Shown: one piece after another, positions 63,171-64,000 of the stretch | Numbering within the stretch: position 1 is the stretch's first letter | Layout of the letters: every line of letters starts with the position of its first letter | DNA from: Octopus bimaculoides | Taxonomy: Eukaryota | DNA: 64,000 nucleotides | Assembly: GCF_001194135.2 (NCBI RefSeq) | Contig: NC_069000.1 | Span: forward strand, 26,324,109 to 26,388,108 | Direction of reading: 5' to 3' | The notes under the pieces: model-generated | Databases searched by the model: none | The model's input: only the letters and a program-made list of their open reading frames with translations | Told to the model about the DNA's origin: nothing | Made by a program: the position numbers and the translations under genes

Positions 63171-64000
63171 TGCACTCTATATAGCAAATATCAAATAAAA
63201 TAAACTACCACCAGCAGGCAAATAACTCAACATATCACACACACAACACATAAAAAAAGAAAAGAAAAAGAAAAAGAAAAGAAACTGATGCAATACAATA
63301 GAGGGAAGAGTTTGTACACTCCCAACAGAAAGAAACACACAATGCTGCATATACCCCAGCAATACAGAGGTGTAGCAGATGATACAGTAGAAATTTACCT
63401 GAAACCACTAAATGTTGAATAATAATAATAAATACCCTGATGCAATACCATGCAGTAGCTCTCATGGTTTCTGATCAGTTGTGTATATGTGTGCATGTGC
63501 ACACATACAACTGATTGGAAGTGTTAACATGTACATGCTTTGTCTTGGTGTAAAAGATGGGTTACAGCAAATATTCTGCTCAATACCACAGATTTGCTTG
63601 TCAGATGTTTGATCACAACCAGTTGAGCATGTCCCTTGGTGGCTGACGATATGTGCATCTCTGATCATAAGTAGTGGGTAGCATCATAATCACATTTTAA
63701 GAATTCTTTGGAGTTTGAATAATTCACCCCTGGAAACCTGGGTGTTTCATTCATCATCCTTAAACAACCATTATTCAAGGACCTTTTGAGTGGGATTGGT
63801 TACTCAGCTTCGTCACCATGTCGTGCATATATGGTTGTGACACATGTGCCTGGTGTACCCCAGAGTCATTTTGATTGTGTGTGCTGCTTTCCCACGCTAC
63901 AATGTTGATATCAGCTGTAAACAGCTTACATGATAGATAGTGTGAATTACCTGCTACCCCCAGTCAGTTTCAAAACCTCAGAACTGCCATCATCAATGTA

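Noticed and set aside
63474-63515. Palindrome ATCAGTTG..CAACTGAT as structured RNA
   Set aside because: Sits inside a common interspersed repeat and includes simple (TG)/(CA) repeats; most likely a local template-switch duplication.

Overview
AT-rich, microsatellite- and transposon-dense animal genomic DNA with many N gaps. The SINE/RTE repeat families suggest an octopod cephalopod (Octopus sp.); this is an inference from recognising the repeats. Three host genes are supported: an intronless hnRNP A/B-family CDS (7433-8443, +); a solitary H2A.X-type histone ending SQEF with a 3' stem-loop (36730-37149, -); and four coding exons of NAA50 (51783-58974, -; first exon not found). Most of the rest is decayed mobile DNA: Gypsy, BEL/Pao, RTE, R4/Dong-like, Penelope-like, Tc1/mariner/pogo, hAT, piggyBac, SINEs and MITEs. 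The main signals outside the ORF track are: (i) a set of type I hammerhead ribozyme motifs with palindromic helix III, including an intact-looking one at 16374-16457 (-) and a mirror-image pair in a 459-bp foldback at 1461-1919; (ii) a dense cluster of splice sites defining non-coding exons downstream of the hnRNP stop codon, in a repeat-poor island. Hammerheads in Penelope-like elements are a known class; what may be new is these copies, their core variants and the foldback arrangement. All structures were read by eye, nothing was computed, and repeat boundaries are approximate.
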